DNA of 54,379 nt from an uncultured Flavobacteriaceae bacterium. GTDB taxonomy: Bacteria; Bacteroidota; Bacteroidia; Flavobacteriales; Flavobacteriaceae. The notes under the pieces were generated by a model. The model worked only from the letters and a program-made list of their open reading frames with translations. It had not been told where the DNA came from and searched no databases. Within the stretch, counting starts at the first letter, position 1; each line of letters begins with the position of its first letter. Positions 11,401 through 19,501 of this stretch are shown here, in pieces. The stretch covers positions 8,594 to 62,972 of the forward strand of contig CAZLXG010000004.1 of the NCBI GenBank assembly GCA_964563585.1. Reading direction: 5' to 3'. Made by a program: the position numbers and the translations under genes.

Positions 11401-13312
11401 AATCGCCAGTATCTGTACCGGTAAGTAATAAATTGGTATGAATTTCTACCGGAACTATAGAATAGCAACCTGTAATATCATCTTCAATTCTTACATAAAG
11501 AACTTGTTCTTCTGTACTTATGTTTTCGTAATTATTTGTATTTGGAATTGAATTAATTCCATCTACTGCATCTTGAAAAATTTCATGAAATGTTACAGTA
11601 ACACCAGTTAAACCTCCTAAAATATTATTTAGTACCGAAGTTAAATCAAAAGTTGCAGTTCCATCTAAATCTCTATCACATGCATCTATATACTGAGTAT
11701 CTCTATTTACTATAGGGCTAGTAGTTAGATTAATAGTTAAAGAAGTAGTATTAACACAACCTGTTTGAGTATTTATAACCCTTACATAAACTATGTCAAT
11801 TGGTGTGTTTGTGTTAATATATGTTGCAGGTATTGGATTGTTACCACTGCTAGCATCTGCTGGTGAGTAATGATATGTTACCATTAAATTAGTTTGTCCT
11901 GAAGTAATTTCATCATCTTTTTGCGATAAATCAATTATGGTATAGCCATCAGGAGAATCATCTCCATCACAAATTTCTAGTGGAGATGGAATCACAATAT
12001 TTGGTAGTGAGTTTACAACTAAATTAAATGTTGTATATCCATAACAACCAGAATCTAAATTTTCAATTCTAACAAATATTGGCTGTGGATTTATAGTATT
12101 TGAAGTTGTTGTTATGCTATTTATGTTGTTTCTAGCATCTGAATCTGATAGATGATAAGAAAATGAATAATTAGCAAACGGAATATTATTTATTACTTCT
12201 GTATTTTTAGTTGTAAGGTTAAATGTTTCTATTCCATCTTCAGTTGGGTCGTCACAAAGTTCGTAATCTGAGATTAAATTGATTGTTTCTTCATTGTTTA
12301 AAAGAACAACAATTTCATCTTCTTCTATACAATCGTTACCATTTAATTGTACGGTAACTTCAACTCTATAAGTGCCATTTTGAGTTGCGTTTAGAGTGGG
12401 ATTTGTTCCCGCTATTGGATTATTGTCTAAAAACCACGCATATGTAGCTAAAGGGTTTTGTATGTCTGCATTTAAAAGCGCAAAACTTTCACAAGTTGAA
12501 ATGTCTTCACCTAAATCTAAAATTTTAAAACTATTACCTTCAATAAATACTGCTGAATCAAAAGTACCATCTGTTTGATCCGCAATTACTAATTTAATAT
12601 GGTATTGTACATATGGCGTTATAGTTGTAGAAGCAGTTAAGATGTTGGTTCGTCCATTATAATTGGTATCACCAATATTGTAACCATTAAAATATTGGTC
12701 GTTTTGTGCAGGACAAACTCCAAAAATTTCATCATGAATGGTATTAGTATTAACTGGAATTGAAGTGCCTGGTACTAAAGCAATATTCTGATATGGTAAT
12801 GCGCTTCCAGTTTCTTTAATTAGAAATGCAAATCCATCAGCTAGTTGACAAGGATTTATTCCAAAATATTCTTCTGAAGCTAAAATATAATTAAATTGAA
12901 TTAAATTAGAAATAGATATAATGTCAAATTCAATAGAAGTTGCGTTTAAGGTGTTATTGATACCTAATGCTGTTTCTAAATCAGGGTCTGATCCCCAAAT
13001 TGAAGAACCTTCACTAAGAGTTGGAGTAATTAAACCATTACCTCCAGAATTTGCATCACCTGTAGAAAGCATAATGCCATCTTCAAAAGGAAAATTAGAA
13101 CTTGCTCTACTAAATTGTGCAAAACTAGAAAGTCCACTAACACTACCATTAACAGTTGAGGTTATATTAGTAATTTCTACACAGCTATTTTGTACAAGAT
13201 TATTTTCTATAAGTTGCTGTAAGCCAACCGAGCTATCAACCGAAATTTGCTGAGAATACATATAATTGCTACAGCAAAATAGTATTACAAAAAAGGAATA
13301 GACAAATTTCAT
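8477..13312 (-). CDS. giant T9SS type-B sorting-domain surface protein with a choice-of-anchor-L head and 11 tandem ~94-aa modules
   Basis: 1611 aa. Signal peptide MKFVYSFFVILFCCSNYMYSQQ. N-terminal choice-of-anchor-L-like region (MLSTGDANSGGN, ILASEEYFG, DGFAFLI, ALVPGTSIPVNTNTIH). Eleven tandem modules, then the C-terminal motif FVTPNNDGHYDTWHI...YNRHGKLI...WDGTFRGENMPSDDYWF typical of the gliding-motility C-terminal (type B) sorting domain. Confidence 0.85.
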   Translation of the reverse strand: MKFVYSFFVILFCCSNYMYSQQISVDSSVGLQQLIENNLVQNSCVEITNITSTVNGSVSGLSSFAQFSRASSNFPFEDGIMLSTGDANSGGNGLITPTLSEGSSIWGSDPDLETALGINNTLNATSIEFDIISISNLIQFNYILASEEYFGINPCQLADGFAFLIKETGSALPYQNIALVPGTSIPVNTNTIHDEIFGVCPAQNDQYFNGYNIGDTNYNGRTNILTASTTITPYVQYHIKLVIADQTDGTFDSAVFIEGNSFKILDLGEDISTCESFALLNADIQNPLATYAWFLDNNPIAGTNPTLNATQNGTYRVEVTVQLNGNDCIEEDEIVVLLNNEETINLISDYELCDDPTEDGIETFNLTTKNTEVINNIPFANYSFSYHLSDSDARNNINSITTTSNTINPQPIFVRIENLDSGCYGYTTFNLVVNSLPNIVIPSPLEICDGDDSPDGYTIIDLSQKDDEITSGQTNLMVTYHYSPADASSGNNPIPATYINTNTPIDIVYVRVINTQTGCVNTTSLTINLTTSPIVNRDTQYIDACDRDLDGTATFDLTSVLNNILGGLTGVTVTFHEIFQDAVDGINSIPNTNNYENISTEEQVLYVRIEDDITGCYSIVPVEIHTNLLLTGTDTGDFALCDNNDDTTDTLNFDLLALELFIANDLPNIIVTFYETQLDIDNDTNALDKSIFYSATSPSILFIKIDNGDCIEKTEITLLVNPILLFNQTSPYLYCDTDDDGIISIDLTSFDSDITGGNTNFEVSYYPTQLDAENNTNQLPPFYTNTTSVENIFARIENIDTGCFSVNPLEIQIIVAPAVIEPTLLLICDNDQDGFSIINLEDKIPEILPSTTGLNIDFFTSFNDADINTNAITNRTSYNTNTQSIFIRVENSSSGCYNIVTFNVTVNTLPDIPTITNFQICEDDGDVIADFLLVDKDTEILNGQTGKEVFYFEDALFTIPIDKNSIFQNTISPQIVYVRVENITDSSCFATSTFDLQVSPDPVYNPIIPYLICDDISNDGFHVFDLTAKITEISQGSPDNLNISFHLNPTDAENNANAQALQYTNIQNPQTLYVRIESGDSFCHIVEELGINIIASPDITEASTMESCDTDYDGFVTFNLETADFEILDRLQTDLIVNYFENFEDINQDDGLDNSNEIIDPTNFISNTRTTYIKVANILTGCFSVIPLELLVILPPATNTITTIQICDNDSATFNLSEASNLLVTDTSLVNISYHNNQNDADNNVAAIGNLYNYTSALTTIYARIIDLNIGCPITVPFNLQINPNPTANTPPNLISCDDDFDGFFEFDLSANTNDVLGTQNPSSFAVTYYNDITNAENASNSLSNMYAAIDGETIYTRIENNTTGCYNITQFIAQVNPLPIIPIENVVPLCINDLPLIIDGNTGNSGDTYLWSTGEITSEIQLGLNDLGDYWLTVTTLDNCEYTKAFSVIESEDATINFTTTVDFADPNSITVNISGIGDYVFMLDDGEPQTSNVFENVTFGLHIVTIRDLNGCKDVTTEVVVIDIPKFVTPNNDGHYDTWHIIGIDQIPGTIVYIYNRHGKLIKTLPHTSIGWDGTFRGENMPSDDYWFVAKVKQNGEDFDVKGHFALKR
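9155..12268 (-). repeat. array of 11 tandem, diverged ~94-aa coding modules inside the 1611-aa gene
   Basis: Each unit reads C-[DE]-x-D-x-DG...F[ND]L...[VI][ST][FY][HY]...DA...Q.[IL][FY][VA]R[VI]E[ND]...GC. Boundaries were counted from the protein (about aa 349 to 1386). The copies are diverged at DNA level. Confidence 0.8.
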
Positions 13313-13348
13313 AGTATGTAGGCTTTTTATTGGGTGAAATTAAAACTT

Positions 13349-13379
13349 AAAAAAGTTTACTTTCGTGTTGAAAGTAAAT
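13349..13379 (-). terminator. hairpin plus T-run between the 815-aa and 1611-aa T9SS genes
   Basis: Read on the minus strand: atttactttc-aacac-gaaagtaaac followed by ttttttaag. It lies only about 40 nt upstream of the 1611-aa gene ATG and overlaps a near-consensus -7 box (tacattta). It could therefore be a terminator or a leader structure. Confidence 0.5.
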
Positions 13380-13452
13380 GTATTTTAGATGAAACGCAAA
13401 AAAAACACGATGAAATACATTTTTATTTGTTTTTATGTTGAAATACACAGTA

Positions 13453-15900
13453 CTATCGTTTTAAAGTAAAATGATTTTTAAAGATTCTACCGTCTTGTAA
13501 AGTAACTGCAAACCAGTAATCATCAGCGGGTAATTTTTCGCCATTAAATAAACCATCCCAACCATCACCTAACGGGTTTAATTGTTTAATTAGTTTACCA
13601 TATCTATTAAAGATAATGACGTTAGAGTTTGGTTGAAACATGGTAGATATACCAAGTACTTGCCAAGTATCATGTTTGCCATCATTATTAGGAGTAAAGA
13701 ATTTAGGAAACCCAATAACAGATACATTCTCTTGTACTACACCACAATTATTTTTAATATCTCTAACACTAACGGTATAAATACCGGGGTATATATTTTC
13801 AAAAACATTACTTTCTTGATAAGGCACGTAAACTATATTGTTTTCATCAAGTAATCGATATTCGTAGACACCTTCACCAGAAACTAAAACAGTAATGGTA
13901 TTGTTTTGAGAAGCATCTACCACCTTAATAGATTGAAAGGTTGCTGTATTAGAAGATTCAATAGTAATAGTTCTTACTTTAGAACATCCATTAGCATTAT
14001 TTGTAACGGTAACGGAATAGGTTCCAATTTCATTAATTTGTACTTCATAACTATTTTCGCCAGTAGACCAACTGTAGCTATAGTTTAAAGCGGAATCGTT
14101 TAATACAGCTGCATTGATAGGAATTGTTTGCGGAAATGTATTCAAGCAGTAATACTCAAGATCTTCAAAAGTAATATCGGGCAATTCATTAACGGTTAAA
14201 AGAATTTCACTAATACCATAACAGTTATTTGCGTTTTCAACACGGGCAAAAATGGTTTGAGAATATGGTATTGTATTAGTAAATGAAGAGTTAAGATTGT
14301 TTGTTTCTAAAAGCGCATCATCATAGGTTTCAAAATAAGAAATTACTAACCCAGGAGGAAGGCTAATAACAATATTATTATCGGCATCATTTAGATTAAA
14401 AAGATAAAACCCATCTTCAGTACCATCATCATCACAAGCAATAAGTTGAGTGTTTTCAGAATTAGTTACGCTAACCTCTAGTGTTAGTTCAGAAAAACTA
14501 AAACAACCTGTTAAATCATTAATAACTTCCACATAAATAGTTTGTGGGTTTGTGGTATTGCTAAATGAACTACCATCAACTTTATCTGTTCTAGCAGAGT
14601 TGGTAAAGAAATGTGTAGTTCTACCATTCGCATTTCCTGTTAAATTATCATTGGCTTGATTAAGATTAAAAAGTGTTAATCCATCAACAAGACCATCTTC
14701 ATCGCATTGTATAAGTGTTGAGTTAAAAGATGTGGGGTTAAGGTTTACAGCTAAATTTAAGGTTGTAATGCTTTTACAATCGGGATTTAAAACATCTTCA
14801 ATCCTAACAAATATTTCTTGATTAAATGGCGTTGTATTATAGTATAGATTTGGTAATATCCCAGCTTTAGTTTCTGCTTCCGCAGAGGTTAAATGATATG
14901 AAATATTAATATCTGCTGGATTTTGTCCATCAAGTATTTCAGTGTTTTTAGTAGATAAATCAAAAGTTACTTGACCATTAGTATCATCACTATCATTAGT
15001 ATTATCACAAAGAATATAATCACTAGGTTGGGAAAAATGAGCACCTAAAGTAGCTGTTAAAGTAAAGTTTGTAATATCAAAGCAACCAGTAGTAGCATTA
15101 GTAATTCTTACAAAAATAGTTTGAAAGTTACTAATATTAGTATATGGGCTATTTAATTCACCGATGCCAATATTCGCATCACTTTCAGTTTCGTGATATG
15201 TAATATTTACATTGGTTTGTGAACCAGTTATTATACTTGTATTATCGGTTAAATTAAAAGTAGTAAACCCATCATTAAAAGGGGCAACAACATCACAAGT
15301 TTCTAAATCTATTGCAGCTTGTGTAGTTGATTCATTTGTTGGTGGATCTGAGAATTGAGCAGTTCCAGTCCATTCAAGTGAAAATGGGCTATTGCCAATA
15401 GGTCTATCAATAACTATGTAATAAGTTTCTCCAGCTAAAACATTTAGCCATTTTACAAAACTGTTACCATTTGGACCAGGTCCTTCTGCTGTATCGGTTG
15501 AAGTGCCATTCATTCCAGTTAGATTATTTCCTTGATTAGCTGCTTGAGGGTTAGTTGTTGAGCAACGAATAGCTTGCCCAATATTACCACAAGTAACGTT
15601 TGGTCCGAATACAAAAAAATCATAATCTTCTGTAATTGCTGTACTATTTGGGGTTAGTGTAAAACCTAATGTACCACTCGTAACTAAAGTTACTTGTAGC
15701 CAAACACTATTGTTTTCTTGACTAGAACATGTATTTGACCCGTTTAATTCTTGAGTTCCAACTCCACTAACATTCAAATTAATATTTGAATTACCACAAG
15801 CAATTACAGCATCAATACAATCTGTAGGTTGTTGGGCTATTGTTAAATTTGATATAGCTATAAATATAGAAAAGTAAAATAGTTTGTTATGTAATTTCAA
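13453..15900 (-). CDS. T9SS type-B sorting-domain surface protein with a Cys-rich beta-sandwich-like head and 4 modules
   Basis: 815 aa with a TTG start. Signal peptide KLHNKLFYFSIFIAISNLTIAQQ. Four copies of the CD.D.DG...GC module. C-terminal FFTPNNDGKHDTWQV...FNRYGKLI...WDGLFNGEKLPADDYWF. Confidence 0.85.
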   Translation of the reverse strand: MKLHNKLFYFSIFIAISNLTIAQQPTDCIDAVIACGNSNINLNVSGVGTQELNGSNTCSSQENNSVWLQVTLVTSGTLGFTLTPNSTAITEDYDFFVFGPNVTCGNIGQAIRCSTTNPQAANQGNNLTGMNGTSTDTAEGPGPNGNSFVKWLNVLAGETYYIVIDRPIGNSPFSLEWTGTAQFSDPPTNESTTQAAIDLETCDVVAPFNDGFTTFNLTDNTSIITGSQTNVNITYHETESDANIGIGELNSPYTNISNFQTIFVRITNATTGCFDITNFTLTATLGAHFSQPSDYILCDNTNDSDDTNGQVTFDLSTKNTEILDGQNPADINISYHLTSAEAETKAGILPNLYYNTTPFNQEIFVRIEDVLNPDCKSITTLNLAVNLNPTSFNSTLIQCDEDGLVDGLTLFNLNQANDNLTGNANGRTTHFFTNSARTDKVDGSSFSNTTNPQTIYVEVINDLTGCFSFSELTLEVSVTNSENTQLIACDDDGTEDGFYLFNLNDADNNIVISLPPGLVISYFETYDDALLETNNLNSSFTNTIPYSQTIFARVENANNCYGISEILLTVNELPDITFEDLEYYCLNTFPQTIPINAAVLNDSALNYSYSWSTGENSYEVQINEIGTYSVTVTNNANGCSKVRTITIESSNTATFQSIKVVDASQNNTITVLVSGEGVYEYRLLDENNIVYVPYQESNVFENIYPGIYTVSVRDIKNNCGVVQENVSVIGFPKFFTPNNDGKHDTWQVLGISTMFQPNSNVIIFNRYGKLIKQLNPLGDGWDGLFNGEKLPADDYWFAVTLQDGRIFKNHFTLKR
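13459..14711 (-). repeat. copy 1 of a 1,253-bp apparently identical direct repeat (3-prime part of the 815-aa gene)
   Basis: A base-by-base visual comparison with 15910-17162 (offset 2451) showed no differences. The encoded 417 aa and both antisense ORFs in the track are identical. Confidence 0.95.
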
Positions 15901-15903
15901 ATC

Positions 15904-18618
15904 TTAATATTTTAAAGTAAAATGATTTTTAAAGATTCTACCGTCTTGTAAAGTAACTGCAAACCAGTAATCATCAGCGGGTAATTTTTCGCCATTAAAT
16001 AAACCATCCCAACCATCACCTAACGGGTTTAATTGTTTAATTAGTTTACCATATCTATTAAAGATAATGACGTTAGAGTTTGGTTGAAACATGGTAGATA
16101 TACCAAGTACTTGCCAAGTATCATGTTTGCCATCATTATTAGGAGTAAAGAATTTAGGAAACCCAATAACAGATACATTCTCTTGTACTACACCACAATT
16201 ATTTTTAATATCTCTAACACTAACGGTATAAATACCGGGGTATATATTTTCAAAAACATTACTTTCTTGATAAGGCACGTAAACTATATTGTTTTCATCA
16301 AGTAATCGATATTCGTAGACACCTTCACCAGAAACTAAAACAGTAATGGTATTGTTTTGAGAAGCATCTACCACCTTAATAGATTGAAAGGTTGCTGTAT
16401 TAGAAGATTCAATAGTAATAGTTCTTACTTTAGAACATCCATTAGCATTATTTGTAACGGTAACGGAATAGGTTCCAATTTCATTAATTTGTACTTCATA
16501 ACTATTTTCGCCAGTAGACCAACTGTAGCTATAGTTTAAAGCGGAATCGTTTAATACAGCTGCATTGATAGGAATTGTTTGCGGAAATGTATTCAAGCAG
16601 TAATACTCAAGATCTTCAAAAGTAATATCGGGCAATTCATTAACGGTTAAAAGAATTTCACTAATACCATAACAGTTATTTGCGTTTTCAACACGGGCAA
16701 AAATGGTTTGAGAATATGGTATTGTATTAGTAAATGAAGAGTTAAGATTGTTTGTTTCTAAAAGCGCATCATCATAGGTTTCAAAATAAGAAATTACTAA
16801 CCCAGGAGGAAGGCTAATAACAATATTATTATCGGCATCATTTAGATTAAAAAGATAAAACCCATCTTCAGTACCATCATCATCACAAGCAATAAGTTGA
16901 GTGTTTTCAGAATTAGTTACGCTAACCTCTAGTGTTAGTTCAGAAAAACTAAAACAACCTGTTAAATCATTAATAACTTCCACATAAATAGTTTGTGGGT
17001 TTGTGGTATTGCTAAATGAACTACCATCAACTTTATCTGTTCTAGCAGAGTTGGTAAAGAAATGTGTAGTTCTACCATTCGCATTTCCTGTTAAATTATC
17101 ATTGGCTTGATTAAGATTAAAAAGTGTTAATCCATCAACAAGACCATCTTCATCGCATTGTAATAAAGTGGTGTTAAAGGCTTCTGGATTTTCATTATAA
17201 ATAACGTAAGCTTCACCCTCAATAGCACAGTCGCCATTGTTTGGGTCTATATACACTTCGTAATGACCACCTTGTGTAATAAATAAATCAAAATCGTTTT
17301 CTGGTAATGGATTCCCGTCCATAGTCCAAGTATAGCTTGCGCCTATAAGATTTTCAGCAATTAATGTATAAGAACTATTTTCACAAAGTTCAAGATTAGT
17401 AACACTTAGTCCATTTTTAATAATATCTACTTGTGTATTAAAAAAAGAAGTGATAAAAGGCGGTAATCCTTGTGACGAATTATTAGGAGAAAGGTTAACT
17501 GCGTTGTGTTGGTAGTTGCTTGCTGTACCAAGTTCATCAGGGTTGTTTATTACACCTAAAAAGGGTAACCCTTGACTATAAGTTGCACTAAGGGCTCTAT
17601 ATATTTTTCCGTTTGGCCCAAGTTGTAAAGCGCCTCTGTATAATTGTCTGTTATCAATAACTATAGCGGAAGCTTGAATATCTGCAGCTAAAAGATTGTA
17701 CTGTATTAATGACGATGTATGATTTGCAGGATTGTTGCTATTAGTTTGATTTTGAAAATCGAAAAAATCGTTTGAAGCATGAATATAAAGTAATTCGCTA
17801 TTTGGTGAAAATTCCACACCATATGCTTTGTTGTTAGGAGCATTTAATTGTAATTCAATTTGATTACTAACAATACCAGTAACAACATCAAAATCATACA
17901 AATACATACCATCAATAGTATTTGCAGATGCAAGTTTTGTTCCATCTGGTGATAGTTTTAAATAACCACGTGAATTACTAACGATAAGATTACTGAAAGA
18001 TGAAGAAACAGGAGTTGTATTTACACCTATGTCTGTTACCTCAAATGCGTGATAAGTATTATAAGTATTTGGACTCCCATCTACAGAAGCAAAAGTTATT
18101 ACCCAAATAGATTTTGTTATACAATCTTTTAAAACTGCTGATATTTTTTCTGAAGAATCTTGTAATAAGTTCGTATTTTTATTTGTTACTTCACCTAATC
18201 CACCATCAAGAGTTATATCAATTTCTGAATAATTTAAACCAAAATTATTACCATCAACGTTATTATCAACAGTAAAAATGTAGTAAATGTTTGAATCATT
18301 TGGTTTTGGGACAATAATGGCAGATTGTGTACTTGAAGAATCTCCAAACAATCCATTGCCATTTCGCATTATTACATGGTTTTTATTCCAAACCGTTTTA
18401 CCGTTTGAGTAAAATAATAAATTACCATTATTATCAGAAATGGTTGAACAACCTTCATTTGTAAATAATAGTCCATCATCTACAGAATTAATCGTATTAT
18501 TTGCTTGATTGAATTGAATGCCTCCACCAAAACCAAAGTACCAGTTAGCAGCTTCACTTTGAGCATGTAGGTTTATATAGCCTAAGCAGGCAATTATTAA
18601 TATGATAATTTTTTTCAT
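15904..18618 (-). CDS. T9SS type-B sorting-domain surface protein with a beta-propeller-like head and 2 modules
   Basis: 904 aa. Signal peptide MKKIIILIIACLGYINLHAQS. N-terminal ANWYFGFGGGIQFN...NGNLLFYSNG repeats typical of flavobacterial propeller-type heads. The C-terminal 417 aa are identical to the 815-aa protein except the last residue. Confidence 0.85.
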   Translation of the reverse strand: MKKIIILIIACLGYINLHAQSEAANWYFGFGGGIQFNQANNTINSVDDGLLFTNEGCSTISDNNGNLLFYSNGKTVWNKNHVIMRNGNGLFGDSSSTQSAIIVPKPNDSNIYYIFTVDNNVDGNNFGLNYSEIDITLDGGLGEVTNKNTNLLQDSSEKISAVLKDCITKSIWVITFASVDGSPNTYNTYHAFEVTDIGVNTTPVSSSFSNLIVSNSRGYLKLSPDGTKLASANTIDGMYLYDFDVVTGIVSNQIELQLNAPNNKAYGVEFSPNSELLYIHASNDFFDFQNQTNSNNPANHTSSLIQYNLLAADIQASAIVIDNRQLYRGALQLGPNGKIYRALSATYSQGLPFLGVINNPDELGTASNYQHNAVNLSPNNSSQGLPPFITSFFNTQVDIIKNGLSVTNLELCENSSYTLIAENLIGASYTWTMDGNPLPENDFDLFITQGGHYEVYIDPNNGDCAIEGEAYVIYNENPEAFNTTLLQCDEDGLVDGLTLFNLNQANDNLTGNANGRTTHFFTNSARTDKVDGSSFSNTTNPQTIYVEVINDLTGCFSFSELTLEVSVTNSENTQLIACDDDGTEDGFYLFNLNDADNNIVISLPPGLVISYFETYDDALLETNNLNSSFTNTIPYSQTIFARVENANNCYGISEILLTVNELPDITFEDLEYYCLNTFPQTIPINAAVLNDSALNYSYSWSTGENSYEVQINEIGTYSVTVTNNANGCSKVRTITIESSNTATFQSIKVVDASQNNTITVLVSGEGVYEYRLLDENNIVYVPYQESNVFENIYPGIYTVSVRDIKNNCGVVQENVSVIGFPKFFTPNNDGKHDTWQVLGISTMFQPNSNVIIFNRYGKLIKQLNPLGDGWDGLFNGEKLPADDYWFAVTLQDGRIFKNHFTLKY
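15910..17162 (-). repeat. copy 2 of the 1,253-bp direct repeat (3-prime part of the 904-aa gene)
   Basis: See copy 1. Identity starts one codon before the stop codons (CGA TAG versus TAT TAA). It ends at the CDEDG start of a module, after which similarity decays within about 25 nt. Confidence 0.95.
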
Positions 18619-18647
18619 CTATTCAGTAGCAAAAGCTCCCAAATATA

Positions 18648-19472
18648 TTACAAATCTCTCTTTTTTAATAATCTGTACGATAAAAAGACGAATAGAGCAG
18701 TCCAACCAATTACAATAGCAAATTCATACCAATGTACAGCATAGTCATATGCTAAATCACCTTTTTCAGGAAACTTTGTCATAGCAATACGTTGAAAAGG
18801 TTGGTCGATTAATTTGGTCATAGATTTTAAAGGAAAGAAATTTTGAATTTTTTCTGCTATGTCAAAGTTAAATTGCCATCCAATTAACCCATAAGTAATC
18901 CATTCTATAATAAAAAGAATAAACAAAAAGGCTAATGCAAATGCTGAGCGTTTTACTAGCATTCCAAGGAATAAACACAAACTAAAAAATCCTACTAATT
19001 TTACAAAATAAGCTAATATGAATTCGGTTTCTCGAATGATTATTGAAAATTCATTATAACTAGAATAATATAAACCTATACAAAGAGAAATGAGTGTTAT
19101 TAAAACAGTTGATACTAGCGAAAAGAAGACTATTGTATAAAATTTTGATAAAATAAACTCCTTTTTACTTAAACCATCAATTAGGTTCTGTTTAATGGTT
19201 TTATTACTGTATTCATTACCAATCATACTCACCACTACAATAGCAAAAAAGAACTTAAATTGTGATGCGAAAAAGGTGGTTAAATGCCAAATTATTGGAA
19301 AATTGAAAATGCCTAATTCACCTAACTCTAGGGTGAAAAAACCAAAAACATTAATTTTTAATGATGAAAGAAGTATAACAAAAAACGGTAAAATAAACGA
19401 TATAAAAATGAGGATTTTACTTGCTTTGTTCAGTAATAATTTTTGTAATTCTAAATTTAGAAGTCGTAACAT
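18648..19472 (-). CDS. ABC-2 family transporter permease
   Basis: 274 aa with six predicted TM segments. The motif GNEYSNKTIKQNL after TM2 is typical of ABC-2 exporter permeases. It lies directly downstream of the ATPase gene. Confidence 0.7.
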   Translation of the reverse strand: MLRLLNLELQKLLLNKASKILIFISFILPFFVILLSSLKINVFGFFTLELGELGIFNFPIIWHLTTFFASQFKFFFAIVVVSMIGNEYSNKTIKQNLIDGLSKKEFILSKFYTIVFFSLVSTVLITLISLCIGLYYSSYNEFSIIIRETEFILAYFVKLVGFFSLCLFLGMLVKRSAFALAFLFILFIIEWITYGLIGWQFNFDIAEKIQNFFPLKSMTKLIDQPFQRIAMTKFPEKGDLAYDYAVHWYEFAIVIGWTALFVFLSYRLLKKRDL

Positions 19473-19501
19473 AATGGTTGATTTTTTTTTTTGATTGGTG
19501 G

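Noticed and set aside
13633-14088. Plus-strand ORFs inside the T9SS genes: 13633-13854 and 13906-14088, with identical twins at 16084-16305 and 16357-16539. Their duplication makes them look conserved.
   Set aside because: They are antisense to strongly supported coding sequence. They are identical only because they lie inside the 1,253-bp repeat, and their composition (Ile/Asn/Phe/Lys-rich) is typical of chance ORFs in AT-rich DNA.
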